A stretch of 58,739 nucleotides of DNA from Geosiphon pyriformis uo1 (Eukaryota > Fungi > Glomeromycota): the NCBI GenBank assembly GCA_016748015.1, contig JAAOMT010000397.1, positions 9,581-68,319 of the forward strand, in the 5' to 3' direction. Both the position numbers and the translations under genes were made by a program. The notes under the pieces were generated by a model. It had not been told where the DNA came from. It saw only the letters and a list, made by a program, of their open reading frames with translations, and searched no databases. Shown here one piece after another: positions 12,900-25,177 of the stretch; the first letter of the stretch is position 1, and each line of letters starts with the position of its first letter.

Positions 12900-13900
12900 T
12901 ATAATTTATTGCCTAAGATTTCATAAATATAAAATAATTTATCTTATTTATGTTCAAATTTTCTACTTTATTGTTTTTCAATCTTAGTTCTGTATAAGAA
13001 AACTTTGTTTCTAACTTTAAATTTATTAGTGATTGGTGGCAATTTGTTGTCATGCCATTTTTTTTATTAAACTTAAAAGTGTTTAATATAAGTTGCTGCA
13101 ATTTGTCATTTTTTTTTCCAATATACTAAGAAAAGTATAAGCTTTTTTTTAAAAAGTTTTTTAGAAGTTTTTTTCTGTAATAAGTTGTACTAAATATGTT
13201 TCTACTGTAAAATTACTTGGTAGTGTTGCTGTTTTTCTATAAATAAGATCAAATAGTGTGTGTTTTGTAGTATTTTGTTTTAATGTTCTACAAGCTAGTA
13301 ATATTAATGAAATAAAGATATGCTATTCTTGCTTAAAATTGGTTGAGACTTTGGTTAGTAATTTACATAATATTTAGTTAAAACATTTTACAAATCTATT
13401 TTTTTGGAAATGATAGAGTAATAAAAAGAGTTTTTTGATGTTAAATTATTCACAAATTTTTTGTATCAAATTGTTCACAAAGTGTATTCTTTAATTAAAT
13501 AAAAGTTTAATTGGGTATTTATATCTACAAATTATGTATTCATATATAAAATTTGCTACTGATTTTGTATATGTTCTTTAAATAATTCTGGCTTCAAGCC
13601 ATTTGATAAGGTAATCTACTACAACTATTATATATTGGTTTTTTTGAGTGGTAATAGATAGTAACCTAATTAAATCAATACCAACTTTGTTAAAAGGTTA
13701 TTCAACTTTAATTGGATTTAGAGATTCAATGGGGTGAATTTTTTCTTTTTTTTAACAACTATTACATGATTTTATATACTGTCAAATGTTTTTTTGCATG
13801 TGAAGCCAAAAATAATATTCAAGTATTCTTTGAATTGTACTGTCTTTTCTTAAATATGCTGATAATAAATCTGTGTATATGTTGTATAGGATTGTTTTTT
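12900..13900 (-). pseudogene. Integrase (family A)
   Basis: YYFWLHM..YIKSCNSC zinc finger, KVGIDLI, YIIVVVDYLIKWLEA, decayed YHPQ.NG..E.FN. Confidence 0.85.
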
Positions 13901-14179
13901 TTTATTTTCTTGTACTAATTGGAATAAATTGATTAGATTTTGGTGATTTTGATAATAAATTTTATTATGATAAATAAAATATTATTTGGATTGTTGTTTT
14001 AATTGGTGTTTTTTATTTAAAGACAAGTTTTTAGACATAGTAAGTGTCTTCAAATAGTTTTTGATATTGTTATAAGTTTTTGGATCTATTGTTGTTAATT
14101 TTGTTGTTTATTAGGCTAATAAGTTGTTGGTGTTTTGTTTGTGTGAGTGTAGTTATTAATTTTGCCTCATTTTTAAAAG

Positions 14180-15400
14180 GCTATTAATATTGGTGTGTAG
14201 TTTGTCAGGTTTGTGATGAACAATAAATTTGTAATTTGCTAAGAAATCAATCTATTAAGATTGTTTGACACTAAGTCCAGTTTTTTTTTTGTTAAGCCAT
14301 TTGAGACTGATATTATCTGTGATAATATTGAATTTCTTGCTATTTTGAAAATATTGTTGAAAATGTTTAAAAGCCCAAATAACAGCTGCTGCTTCTAGTT
14401 TTGTTGAATCATATTTTGTTTCTGGAGATTTTAATGTTTTGCTAACATAAACAATAACTTATTTATTGACATTGTGATCTAATTATAATAGAATAGTATT
14501 AAATACTATGTATAAAGCATCAGTGGCTAATTGGAATTATTTGTTGAAGTCTGGATAGGCAAGAACTGGTACTGTTGTCAATTTTACTTTGAGAGTTTCA
14601 AAAACTTTCTGCTATTCATTAGTCTATTAATATAAGACATTTTTGTTGATAAGATAATTGAATGATTTTGCAATTTCAAAAAATTCTTTGATGAATTTTT
14701 AATAGTAAGAGGCTAATTCAATAAATTTTCTTAATTTTATAGTATTTCTGGGAGTTTTGAAGTTTTTAACAGTACTAATTGTTTTTGGATTAGGTTAAAC
14801 TCCATCTTTGCTGATAATATATCCAAGAAAAATTAAGCTTGTTTTTCCAAAGTAACATTTTTTAATGTTCAATTTCAGTTCTGCTTTTTATAATTATTGA
14901 AATACTTTTTACAGGTGGATCAAATAAGCTTTAAATATTAAGAAGTATACATTAGTGTTATTATAGTAAACAACTATTGATTGCCATAAGAGTTCTTTAT
15001 ATACAATATCTATAAGTTACTGAAATGTTGTTAGTGTATTGCAAAGTTTAAAAAACATGACATTGAACTTGTAGTTTTCTTTTTGGGTAGTAAATGCTGT
15101 TTTGAATCAATTTTTGGGATCTATTTCAACTTGCCAGTATTCACTTTCTAAGTCCAAAGTTGAAAAAAACTTTGGTTTCCTAAGAGCATCTAGCATGTTG
15201 TTAATTCTTAGAAGTAGATATGCATTTCTAATTGTTACACTGTTGAGTTAACAATAGTTTACACAAAATCTGATTTTTCCGTTTTTTTTAACAAGAACTA
15301 TTAATAAAACCCAAAGGCTTTTTAATAATTAAATAAGATTATTATTAAGCATTTTTTGTATCTTTTCTTTAATAAATTAATAGCTGGCAGATGGACTTAA
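14180..15400 (-). pseudogene. Reverse transcriptase + RNase H (family A)
   Basis: GKIRFCVNY, FSTLDLESEYWQV, KTAFTT, VVYYNN (YYDD decayed, 14957-14968), KCYF..LIFLGY, LAYPDF, LATDA, KLEAAAVIWA, IITDN. Confidence 0.9.
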
Positions 15401-15999
15401 TAGACTTGTTGGTGTTTTGGTAAAATATCTCCTGTATGGATTTGGTGCTGAACAATATTAGTTTTTCTTAGGTCATTGTTGTTTTTTGCAAATATATCAG
15501 CAAATTCAGCAATAAGTTGCTTTAATTGTCTTTGTTATTGGGATTCTAAGAGACTTATGTTGATTCAAGAAAGTTTTTCTTCAATAAAATAGTAGTTTTC
15601 AATAATAGGCAGAATATTTGGGTTTGAAAGAAAAGTATGTTTCACAATTTCAATAAATTTAGAAACAATTTAAACAGTTTTATCTTGAAAAATATTGCTA
15701 TATATTACTCCGATTTTTAATCTATTTAATAAGATAATAGAGTAGTTGTTGGGATTATAAAATATAATTCAAAATTTCTTTATTCCTTTTGGAATATAAA
15801 CATTTGGAATTGAGATTTTATGTTTCAGACAGGTTTGTTTATTGGATTTAAAAATTTGGTAGGTGGTAGTTAATTTTGGACAGATGTAAATTTCGTGATA
15901 TTCTCCAAAGGGTGATATAATGATTGGTTATAGAAGTCTAAAAATCTGATAAAATTCAATTTGTGTTTTAAGAGTTATGTTTACTAGAACTATAAAATG

Positions 16000-16379
16000 T
16001 CCAGTTGAATCAAAACTTTGAGTTTTTCTATTATTCTTGCCTAATTGTTTTCTTTAGTTGACTGATTTCAGACCCAAAATTTTGATTAAAAATAGATAAA
16101 TAATTTGTACAATTTTTTTAGCATGCTCAATTTTGAATGATTTATTAATTTTATTTTATAACATAATAATAATATCTCCAATATATTCTGTATTTATAAT
16201 TTTTCCTTTAACATTGATTTTTTTGCTTGCCAATAATAATCAAGAAGCAATTTGAACTATTGCTTCTAGTAAAATTTTGAGACAATTTTAAGATTAATTT
16301 TAATAAAGAACTTTGGTTGAAAGACTAAAGTATTTTTGCCAAAATATTATAAGTCATATTCTGCATCAATTTCATGAGC
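16000..16379 (-). pseudogene. dUTPase domain within pol (family A)
   Basis: All five trimeric dUTPase motifs are recognisable in decayed form: AHEIDAEYDL, QIAS*LLLA, IINTEYIGDI, KKIVQII, RKTQSFDSTG. Confidence 0.85.
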
Positions 16380-17379
16380 TTTTTCTGGCTTTATTCTTTG
16401 TTTATTGTTGTCAAAGTATTTAAGTTATATAGCAGACTGATTTTTAGTAAAGTAGATTAAGATTGTTGTAATTTTTTCTTTTGGTTCTCCAAATTTGATT
16501 TTCTTTTAATTGTTTTTGTTGGACAAGAAAATACTAAGAGTATAGTATTCTGAACACTATTAGTCATTATAAAACATGATGCACTCCTTACATAGTTTAA
16601 TGTTCATTTGTTCTAATTATTGAATTTGAGCTTTTTGGGTCAGATAAGTGTGATTTGCTATTTGGTAGTATGTTTTGACTTTATCTTCATAATCAAATCC
16701 AGTTAATTCTATAGTTTATTTGAAGTATTCTGCTTTTTTTATTTGGCAAACATTTTTTTTGGTTCCTCTATTAATCAAAACTATGGCTAGTTTATAAGTT
16801 ATCTTGGCATTATATGAATAATAGTAGAGTTTATTAAGAATGCTGTTGTATGCTATATTAAATAAAGTTTTTCTTTTTACTTTTTTAGCAATTGGTAGAA
16901 CATATTAACAAGTTTGATTACAGACTCAATCTTTCATTACAATATCAATTCAGTTGTATTTTTCTGGTAGCATTTTTCTATATGTGAAACAAATAGTATT
17001 GTTTTATTTTTCACTTCTTTGTGGATATTTAAATCATTTTCTACAGTATGCTTTACAAAAATAGCATGTTTATTCTTCATATTTCTCCTCTGGTAATATG
17101 TAAGCTTTGATCCATAAAAGCTTTTTATTATAATTTTTGTATTTTAGTAGAATATAAGGTGGTTTTTTTTGTAATTTAGGTGTAAAATAATGAACAATAT
17201 TCTATTTTTTGAATTTTTCAAAGATTTTTTGTTCTGCTTCTTTTGTCTAATTAGATGTTAATTCAAAAGCCATATATGTTTCAGTAATTGGCAATTTTTT
17301 CTTCTCTTTAAATTCAAACACTGAGACTTTTTCTGATTGTTTGTTGAAAGTACTATAAGTAGCAGGTACTTTGGTGTAT

Positions 17380-19750
17380 TGTCTTTAGTATAAGATTTTT
17401 AATTCTTAAGTCTCTTAATCTAAATTTGTATTGGCTTTAAGAAGCCAGTTATTTTTAACAAGAACTTAATATTGGAATGTATTTATGACAAAAACTTTAA
17501 CTGGAATAATAATTTTATCAATTATAAAAAAAAAATTGTCAATTTCTCTTATTGGTGTTTTCTTTATATTATTAGCTGTAACAATAACCATTTGAGCTGG
17601 TTGGTCAATATTTTGTTTGAGTTGTTACATTAATTGATAAGTAATAATGCTTTTAGCAAATTTACTGTTTAAGATTAAACAAATTGGTTTTTTTTCTATT
17701 TTGGTTTCTGTATACATAGCTGTGATTGCTTTTTGCTCATTAACTGCTGCATTGTTAAGTAAGAATAATGATTTGTTTGCTTCAAATTCAAATGAAAATA
17801 TATCTGAGAAATTGGCATTTTGAGCAATTCTGGCTGGTAGAATTGTATTGCTAAAAAGATTTTGTTTTAGTGCTGTAACTTTATATTCAAAAAGTGCAGT
17901 TTGTTAAAAATCCGATTTTTTTGGCATTATTAGATAATTGAGTTGAATGTAAAATTGATTAGGTTTTTGCTGAACAGAATTTCGGGAAACTAGTTGATTA
18001 TTGGAGTTAAATCTGTTGTTGTTTGTTGAAAAACGGTTTTGTGGTGTAAATTGGTTTTGTTGGACCAGTTTTTTGGCTAGTACTTGATATTATTGAGTGG
18101 ATGGTGCCTAATATTGTTAAATTTGTGAAGATTGTTGATATTGTTGTTGTAGTGTAAATTGATAGTAATTATTTTGTTATTGAGGTTTTAAAAAGTAATA
18201 AGCTGGTAATAAAGGTTGGTAATAAGATTGTTGAAGTTAAAAATAACGTTGATTATTCCTAAATTGTTGGTCTCTTTGCATTTTTCTGCAATATTGTTTC
18301 CAGTGTCCTGGAATTCTACAATAATGACAACTTTAGAGTTAATTGTTTGATAATGATATATAGTTGTTTTAAAGTCACTGTTAAGATAACTGGTATTTTT
18401 GTTGTTGCTGCTGTTGTTGATTTGTAAAGTAGTTTTTTACTTTTTTTGTAAGTTGATCAATTTTTTTTTCAGCTGCTAAGCTGGTTTTTCTGATTGCAAG
18501 ATTGACAAATTTGGTGCAATTTGCTTTTCTTATTGCCATTTTGTAGTTTTTTTACATATTAAATAACTGTAGCTAAGTTTTTTAGAGCATGTGAACAAAC
18601 TTTCTTAATGAGTTTATTTTTTAATCCTGCAATAAACTAATCTAAAATCTGGACATTAGAATAGTATTCATTGGTTTCCAATTGTTGAATTCATTAAAGT
18701 AGTTTGTTAAACTTTCTAAGATAAGTCATGACAGATTCAGATGGTTCTTGCTTGATATTTTAGAATTGGTTTTGAAATGTAATAAAGATATTGTTGTCTG
18801 TAAATTGTTTCAAAAAAGCAGTTTAGAATGCTTGCCAGTCTTTAAAAAGTTCAGCCAAGTTTTCAAATTATTTACCTGCAGTTTTTTGAAAAAAATAAAG
18901 AATAGCTTTAAGCATTTTAGTGGTAATCTATTTATTTATATCATTTGTTTTTTGGATTTTGCCAAGCCATTTTTGTGGGCTAGTGTCAGCATCTTTTCTA
19001 GTAAACTCAGTAATTTTTGTGATGTAGGTAATTGTAATTTTGTTTGTGTTTTCATTTTCAGTGGTTTTTTTCTCTATGGATTCAAAAATGTTTTTGCTAT
19101 TATCAAAGTAATTGCTTTGGTTTTCTGCTAAGAAGTCAAAAAGATTGGTATTAGTAGATATTAATTCTGGTTGTTAAGTAAGACTTTTTGGTGTGATGAA
19201 ATTTTCTGGTCTTAAAAATCGGATAAAGAGTGAACTTGGTGTTTGTAGTTGAGCAAATAAAATTAGAAATAGGGTAATAAAAAGTAGTAATTTTGAACTG
19301 GTTCTTTGTTTAGATATTTGTAAGTATTTAAAAGTTGTATTTGGTGTGTTAAGTGTTATTTGAATTGGTTGAGTGTTTTTTTTACTTGTTTTAAATTTGA
19401 GTCAATGTTCAATAAAAATTTAAATTGTACTGAATATTTTTTTTTACAGTATTAAATGATGTTGAAGTTGAGTTTTTGAAAGTAGGTGTCAAGTATTTAC
19501 TGTTAAAGTCTTTTGTTCCTAAGTGTAAATAGTGCAACAAGTTTTTGTACAAATTGTTTCTGATTTCTGAAATGTTATAATTTTCAAAAAGATAATTGTT
19601 AATATAGCTCTCAATGTATTGGAAAAAAGATTTCTTAAAAACTTTAATTTCGTCTTGGATGTTGAATCTTTGCTTGCAGTAAGTATAAATCAATTGATAA
19701 TACTCTAGAGTTGTTATGTCATTTGTAATTGCTACTTTGAATTTGTTGTT
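17380..19750 (-). pseudogene. Gag (with CCHC knuckle) and aspartic protease (family A)
   Basis: Capsid-like SPQKWL...KAILYF..TAGK*FE, knuckle CHYCRIPGHWKQYC (~18290-18335), protease LILNSKFAKSII (DSGS decayed, ~17645-17680). Confidence 0.85.
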
Positions 19751-19762
19751 GCTATGTTATTT

Positions 19763-19778
19763 TCATGAAAAAGCACCA
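19763..19778 (-). promoter_or_regulatory. Primer-binding site
   Basis: TGGTGCTTTTTCATG lies 2 nt after the LTR end; the better-preserved copy TGGTGCTCTCTCAC is at 28962. Confidence 0.8.
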
Positions 19779-19780
19779 AA

Positions 19781-20781
19781 TATTATTAGAGGTTTTTGGT
19801 CTCTTTTCTTAAATGTTGTTAATACTTAATTGCTGTGAATTTATGTTTTTTAAAAGTAGTTGAATCTTTAATAACTGAATTTACTCTTTAAATTATTTTC
19901 TATAATATGAACTACTGGACTTATAAGTGGAATAACCAATTTTGTGCCAATTATTTTATGTAGTTATATTGTAATAAATAAGAACTTTTTTCCAGAAATT
20001 ATTTGTCTAAAATTTCACTAAAATTGTGTAATTACTTTGTAGTAAAAGTCAACTTTTTTACAAAAATCTTGTCTATAGACTACCCTAATAATTATAATAA
20101 GAAAAATAAAAGAAAAAAAAAATGTAAAAGAATTGAGATTTTGTAAAGGGAATTGTTTTCTGGTTTAGACCTGAAATTATTAACAATTTACTGAAATTGG
20201 TAGCTAACAATTTACTGAAATTGGTAGCTAATCAATTTCAAAATATTAGTAGGGTTTTCAGAGAATTTTAAGTGCAATTTTTAATTAAGAAATTTGGTTT
20301 TCAAGTATTTGATTTTTATTTGATTTTTTTTGAAGAAATAAAGAAGATATCTATAGTAAGATAATTCTAATAGAAAATATATTTTCTTGAAGAAAAAAGC
20401 TTTTCTTTTATACAACTTGTTGTAGTACTAATCTATGAATTTGAACTTTTTTTTTGCTATAATTTTGACGAATTAAAGATATATTTTGGTAAATTACAAG
20501 TTATTTTGGTGAATTATTTGTAATTTCAGTGAACTATTCATAATTTCAATGAATTTCTACAAATTTTAGCGAATTCTTAAATATTACATAGTTTAAGGTA
20601 TTATATAATTTGATCATCCTATTTTCTATTATACAAATTGGATTATTAATTAAATAATAATATTTAATAATTTGATTAAATAATAAATTATAATTTGAAA
20701 TAATATTAATATATGCTAATTAATAATATGAGTTATAAAAATAATTTCATGCTAATTAATGACTAAATTCCATTGATAACA
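19781..20781 (-). repeat. 5' LTR of the family A element (~1.0 kb)
   Basis: Starts TGTTATCA at 20781 and ends taataata (TGATAACA in the 28959 copy), followed by the PBS. Confidence 0.9.
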
Positions 20782-21091
20782 GCACTTATGTTTTATACTT
20801 TAGATTAAATTTTCAATTGTATTTTTTTGAGCAAGAAAATCAAATTTCAAAGATATTATTTAACATGTACAACAAGAAACTCTTAAAAATTTTTGATTTT
20901 TTCTTTGTATTTTTGGCATTCTAATACTAATTTTTTTGATGGCCATTTTTTTTTTTCTATTAATACTTGTTTAATTTTTTTAAGTAATTTTTGAAGTTTT
21001 TTATCTAAATATGTTTCTGAAAAGATTATTAATTGTAATTAATTATCTAATTCAAAAAAAGTATTAAAGCTATTATTAAAAGCAAATATGA
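20782..21091 (-). pseudogene. Middle fragment of the second Tc1-like transposase, host of two Gypsy insertions
   Basis: Translates KKIKQVLIE..WPSKKLVLEC...SCC...DFLAQK..IE.LI...HKC, which directly precedes the C-terminal piece at 10470-10600. Confidence 0.75.
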
Positions 21092-24000
21092 TGTTATTTA
21101 TAGAAATTGGGAATTATAATAAGTAGATAAAATAATCAATCAGAAATAGACATAGTAAACAGAAAAATTTCAGAATTTCTTTCAAGGAATTGCAGAATTT
21201 CAGAATCCCAAAATTTCAGAAATCTTATATAATAAAAATTATGTATAATAAGAGTATTAGAAACAGAAAAAGTAGTACAAATACTCCAGAATATTTTAAA
21301 AAATAGTTTTCTATAACTTAAAATAGAATTATATTTATACTAATAAAATATCTATTATTACCCAAATATATATTATTATTATTTGATTAAAAAAATATTA
21401 ATTATTTTTATACTAATAATACTTTATGCTAATAGAATCCAATATTTAATTATATTAAACCAATAGCTCTTAATTATGACTATTAATGAAATACTAATTT
21501 TTTATTTTTTTTATTTTTTTGTTTTAATTTTTTGATATTATTAATTAATTAAAGAATTTAAGCATTGAATTATTAATGTCAAAAATAAGTAAAAAATCTA
21601 AAAATAAAAATAAAAAACTTAAGGATAGCTTATTAGAAGAGCATAACTGCCAAAATAAACTGGTTACTATACTGAAAAAAAAATTTATGAAAAAAATTAT
21701 TAATTGAATCTCTGTTTATTATACAAAAAACTTAACCAAAACTGTTAAACACCAAAACCTTCAGAAATTACTATTATATTTAACTATTAAGCACCAAGTT
21801 ATGGGTTTGTTATTTGTTTAAACACCTTAAATAATTACCTATAATATTTAGTGCTTTCTATAAGATATAATTTAACAAAAAACCAGTATTAACAGCAATC
21901 ATTCAAATCTATATTACTGTTAATGATAAAAACATTATTATCTAAAATACTATTCCAAAATAATCAAAAAAAAGCCAAATTATTAAGAATTTATAACAAT
22001 TTTTTTAAAGAATTTAAATTATGATCAACAATTCTATCAAAACTTTAATCATTACTATTTTAATCAAATTTCAAATTCACCAGTAATTAGGCAAATACCA
22101 AGTCGAAAAAAAAAACAGTAATCAGAAAAATAATAATTAAAACCTAATTTCAAATAACTCAGCAGTTTAAACTCTAATTGTTTAAACTCTATTAAATTTA
22201 AACAATCCAAATTCAGCTCCTATTTTTCCAAAAAACTTATCTTTAATTATCTTAATTAATTTACTGCCAATAACACTAATTGTCACTTAGCAATAACTAC
22301 AATTAAACAAGAGAACACAAAAGCAGTTACTATTTACTTGAAATATTTTTATTAAAATTTGCACTAAATTCAAACATTTAATGCTAACTATTTTATAGTA
22401 TTACAAATTTTAAATCAATTTACTCACAGATTACACAGTAATTTACTACAATGAATATATTTAATGTACTCAAATATTCTTTAAGATATAGTCACTTATG
22501 TTAGAAATTTTGAATTAACAAAACTTAAAGCCAACTATTTCTAAGCCATAAATCTAATTATAAATGAATTATTTGAATTGAATTCTAAGCTAAAACAATT
22601 TAATAATTTGATTAACCAAAAATTAGAGATACTTAACTAACAATTTAGCAATCTATTAGCTTTTATAATATTGTGAAATCAAAGAAACTCCAATTGCTTC
22701 CAAAATCAATTGTGTTTATTATCAGCAAATCAATTATAATAATAAAAAACACATAATTATTACTACTGTAGTAAACAAAAGCATCTAAAAATAGACTATA
22801 AAACCAGATTAAATAACCAACAATCAGAAAATCAATATAAAAATTCTAATTACTGGTTTTAAACTCTAAATTATATTTAGAATCAAGAACAATATTAACA
22901 TCAAATTTCATATCAACCAATAATATAGCAATTTATATATGTACTTCTAATATATTAAGCTTTAGCACTAGTAATTTATTAACTGTAGCCACAAGTAATC
23001 TATTAACTATAGTCATAAATAATCTATTAACCCCAATAAATTTAAGCACTGTTCTAAAATACTGTGTTAATATTAACTGAAAATCAAAGACTGAAAATTA
23101 TGTACACACAATAAAACTGAAAATTGGCAATAATAATACACTAACCAATTTTCAGTTTATTGAACCAGTCATCAAAATTATAACAATGAAGTTTGGGAAA
23201 TAGGTACACCTAAAACCCGAATTCTCAAAACTATTTAAGTCTTTTAGTTATCTTAAAAAATGCTCAATTTAACAACCTAGAACATTCAAAACAATCATTT
23301 TTCAATAATATTCTATCAACAACAGTTACCAAAAATGAGTTACTTACAGCCATATTTTCTTTTAAATTAGAAAAAATCACAATAATATTTCTATTTAATA
23401 GAGCTGCTTTCAATACCAAACTTATTACAGCCATGTACATAGACACTAAAATCAATGACCAATCTATTAAACTAATTTTTGATAATAAATTAGCAGACAG
23501 TATCATCACATAACAATTTATAAATCAATTAGATTATTGAATTAATTATATTGCTAGTGCCAAAATTATCACAGCCAATAAAATAACTAACTGTTTAAGA
23601 CCAATACTGTGCTTAATTAGAATATTTAAGAATTACAGTTTAATCAAAATAATTAACATATTCAAATACCAGCTATATGCAATTAATTTAAAACAACACA
23701 ATCACAATTATTAATAGAATTTAAGAAAAAAAATCTATTTGGAAAGTCTATTAAGTTTTGTAAACAGAAAATAATTACAACAAACTACCACTAATCTTTT
23801 TTTGAAACAACAAGGAAAAAGAAAAAAAAAGAATAAATTACATAACACTACTACCAAAAAAACAGTCAACAGTTAACATAAATCATATTTAATCTCAGAA
23901 CCAAAAAAAAACCACTGTATATTTTTTTTAGGTGTATTGATTGAAAAAAAAAGCTTTTTTTTATAAAAGCTTAGATCTTATCCAAAGAAGACTATAAAAC

Positions 24001-24900
24001 ACACATTTTTTTTCAATATTTTTGTTGATATTATGAGCAATTCAGAACAATTTCATAAATATTATTAGAAATTAACATCTATTAAAGAAAAACAAAAACA
24101 GTATTTAAAACAATTAAACACTAAACTTTGTAAGTATTGTCTAATTCCATGTCACTTCAGATATGATGATAATTGTAATATTGTTTACAATCTACTACTG
24201 CATATAATCTATTTAATTTCTAAAGCAAAAAAACCAATTAACGAATATATTTTAGAATTGAAATCAAAATTCAATCCCAATTTAAACTTTAATAATAATG
24301 ATAATAACAGTTTTAATACTATCTATAATAGCAACAGTAGCAATAACAATTTAAATTCAAATTTTAATTTTAATTTTGAATAATATATTATACTTCCAAA
24401 TTTTTCAAAGGAGCAGGAACTTAAATAATTCAATGATAATAATAAAAACATCAGAAATGCACACATTATATCAATACAAAGTTTGATCTTAAATATTCCA
24501 GAAAATTGTTATTAGATTAGAACTTTATTTATATATTAATATAGATTTAAAAAATATAGAAGATTTCAACAGAGCTTAAAAAAAAGAAATAATGTTACTC
24601 ATAAAAATTAAAATTTATAATAAGTAAATAAAATAGCCAATTAGAAATAAAAGTAATAAACAAAGAAATTTTAAGATTTTTCTTAAGAAATTACAGGATT
24701 TTTTTTAAAAAAATTGCAAAATTTTAGAAATTTCATATAATAAAAATTATGTATATATAGTGAAAATGTTAAAAGCAAAAAAAGTAATGCAAACACTCCA
24801 AAATATTTCAAAAGATAGTTTTTTTATAACTTAAAATAGAATTATATTTATACTAATAAAATATCTATTATTACCTAAATTTATATTATCATTACTTAAT
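21092..24900 (+). mobile_element. Internally deleted Gypsy, family B (LTR-gag-PR-partial dUTPase-PPT-LTR; no RT/RH/INT)
   Basis: 5' LTR 21092-21846, decayed PBS 21849, knuckle ~22760-22800, protease ~23470, dUTPase start 24455-24555, then directly PPT (~24575-24592) and 3' LTR from 24593 into the gap. Confidence 0.8.
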
Positions 24901-25177
24901 NNNNNNNNNNNNNNNNNNNNNNNNNNNNNNNNNNNNNNNNNNNNNNNNNNNNNNNNNNNNNNNNNNNNNNNNNNNNNNNNNNNNNNNNNNNNNNNNNNNN
25001 NNNNNNNNNNNNNNNNNNNNNNNNNNNNNNNNNNNNNNNNNNNNNNNNNNNNNNNNNNNNNNNNNNNNNNNNNNNNNNNNNNNNNNNNNNNNNNNNNNNN
25101 NNNNNNNNNNNNNNNNNNNNNNNNNNNNNNNNNNNNNNNNNNNNNNNNNNNNNNNNNNNNNNNNNNNNNNNNNNNNN
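24901..25177. other. Assembly gap
   Basis: Run of N. Confidence 1.

Larger units (their letters stand above)
11228..20781 (-). mobile_element. Near full-length Ty3/Gypsy LTR retrotransposon, family A (gag-PR-Cys-rich-dUTPase-RT-RH-INT-ORF3), decayed
   Basis: Direct repeats 11228-11922 and 20014-20749, a PBS, and all pol domains in Gypsy order (RT-RH-INT). Confidence 0.92.
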
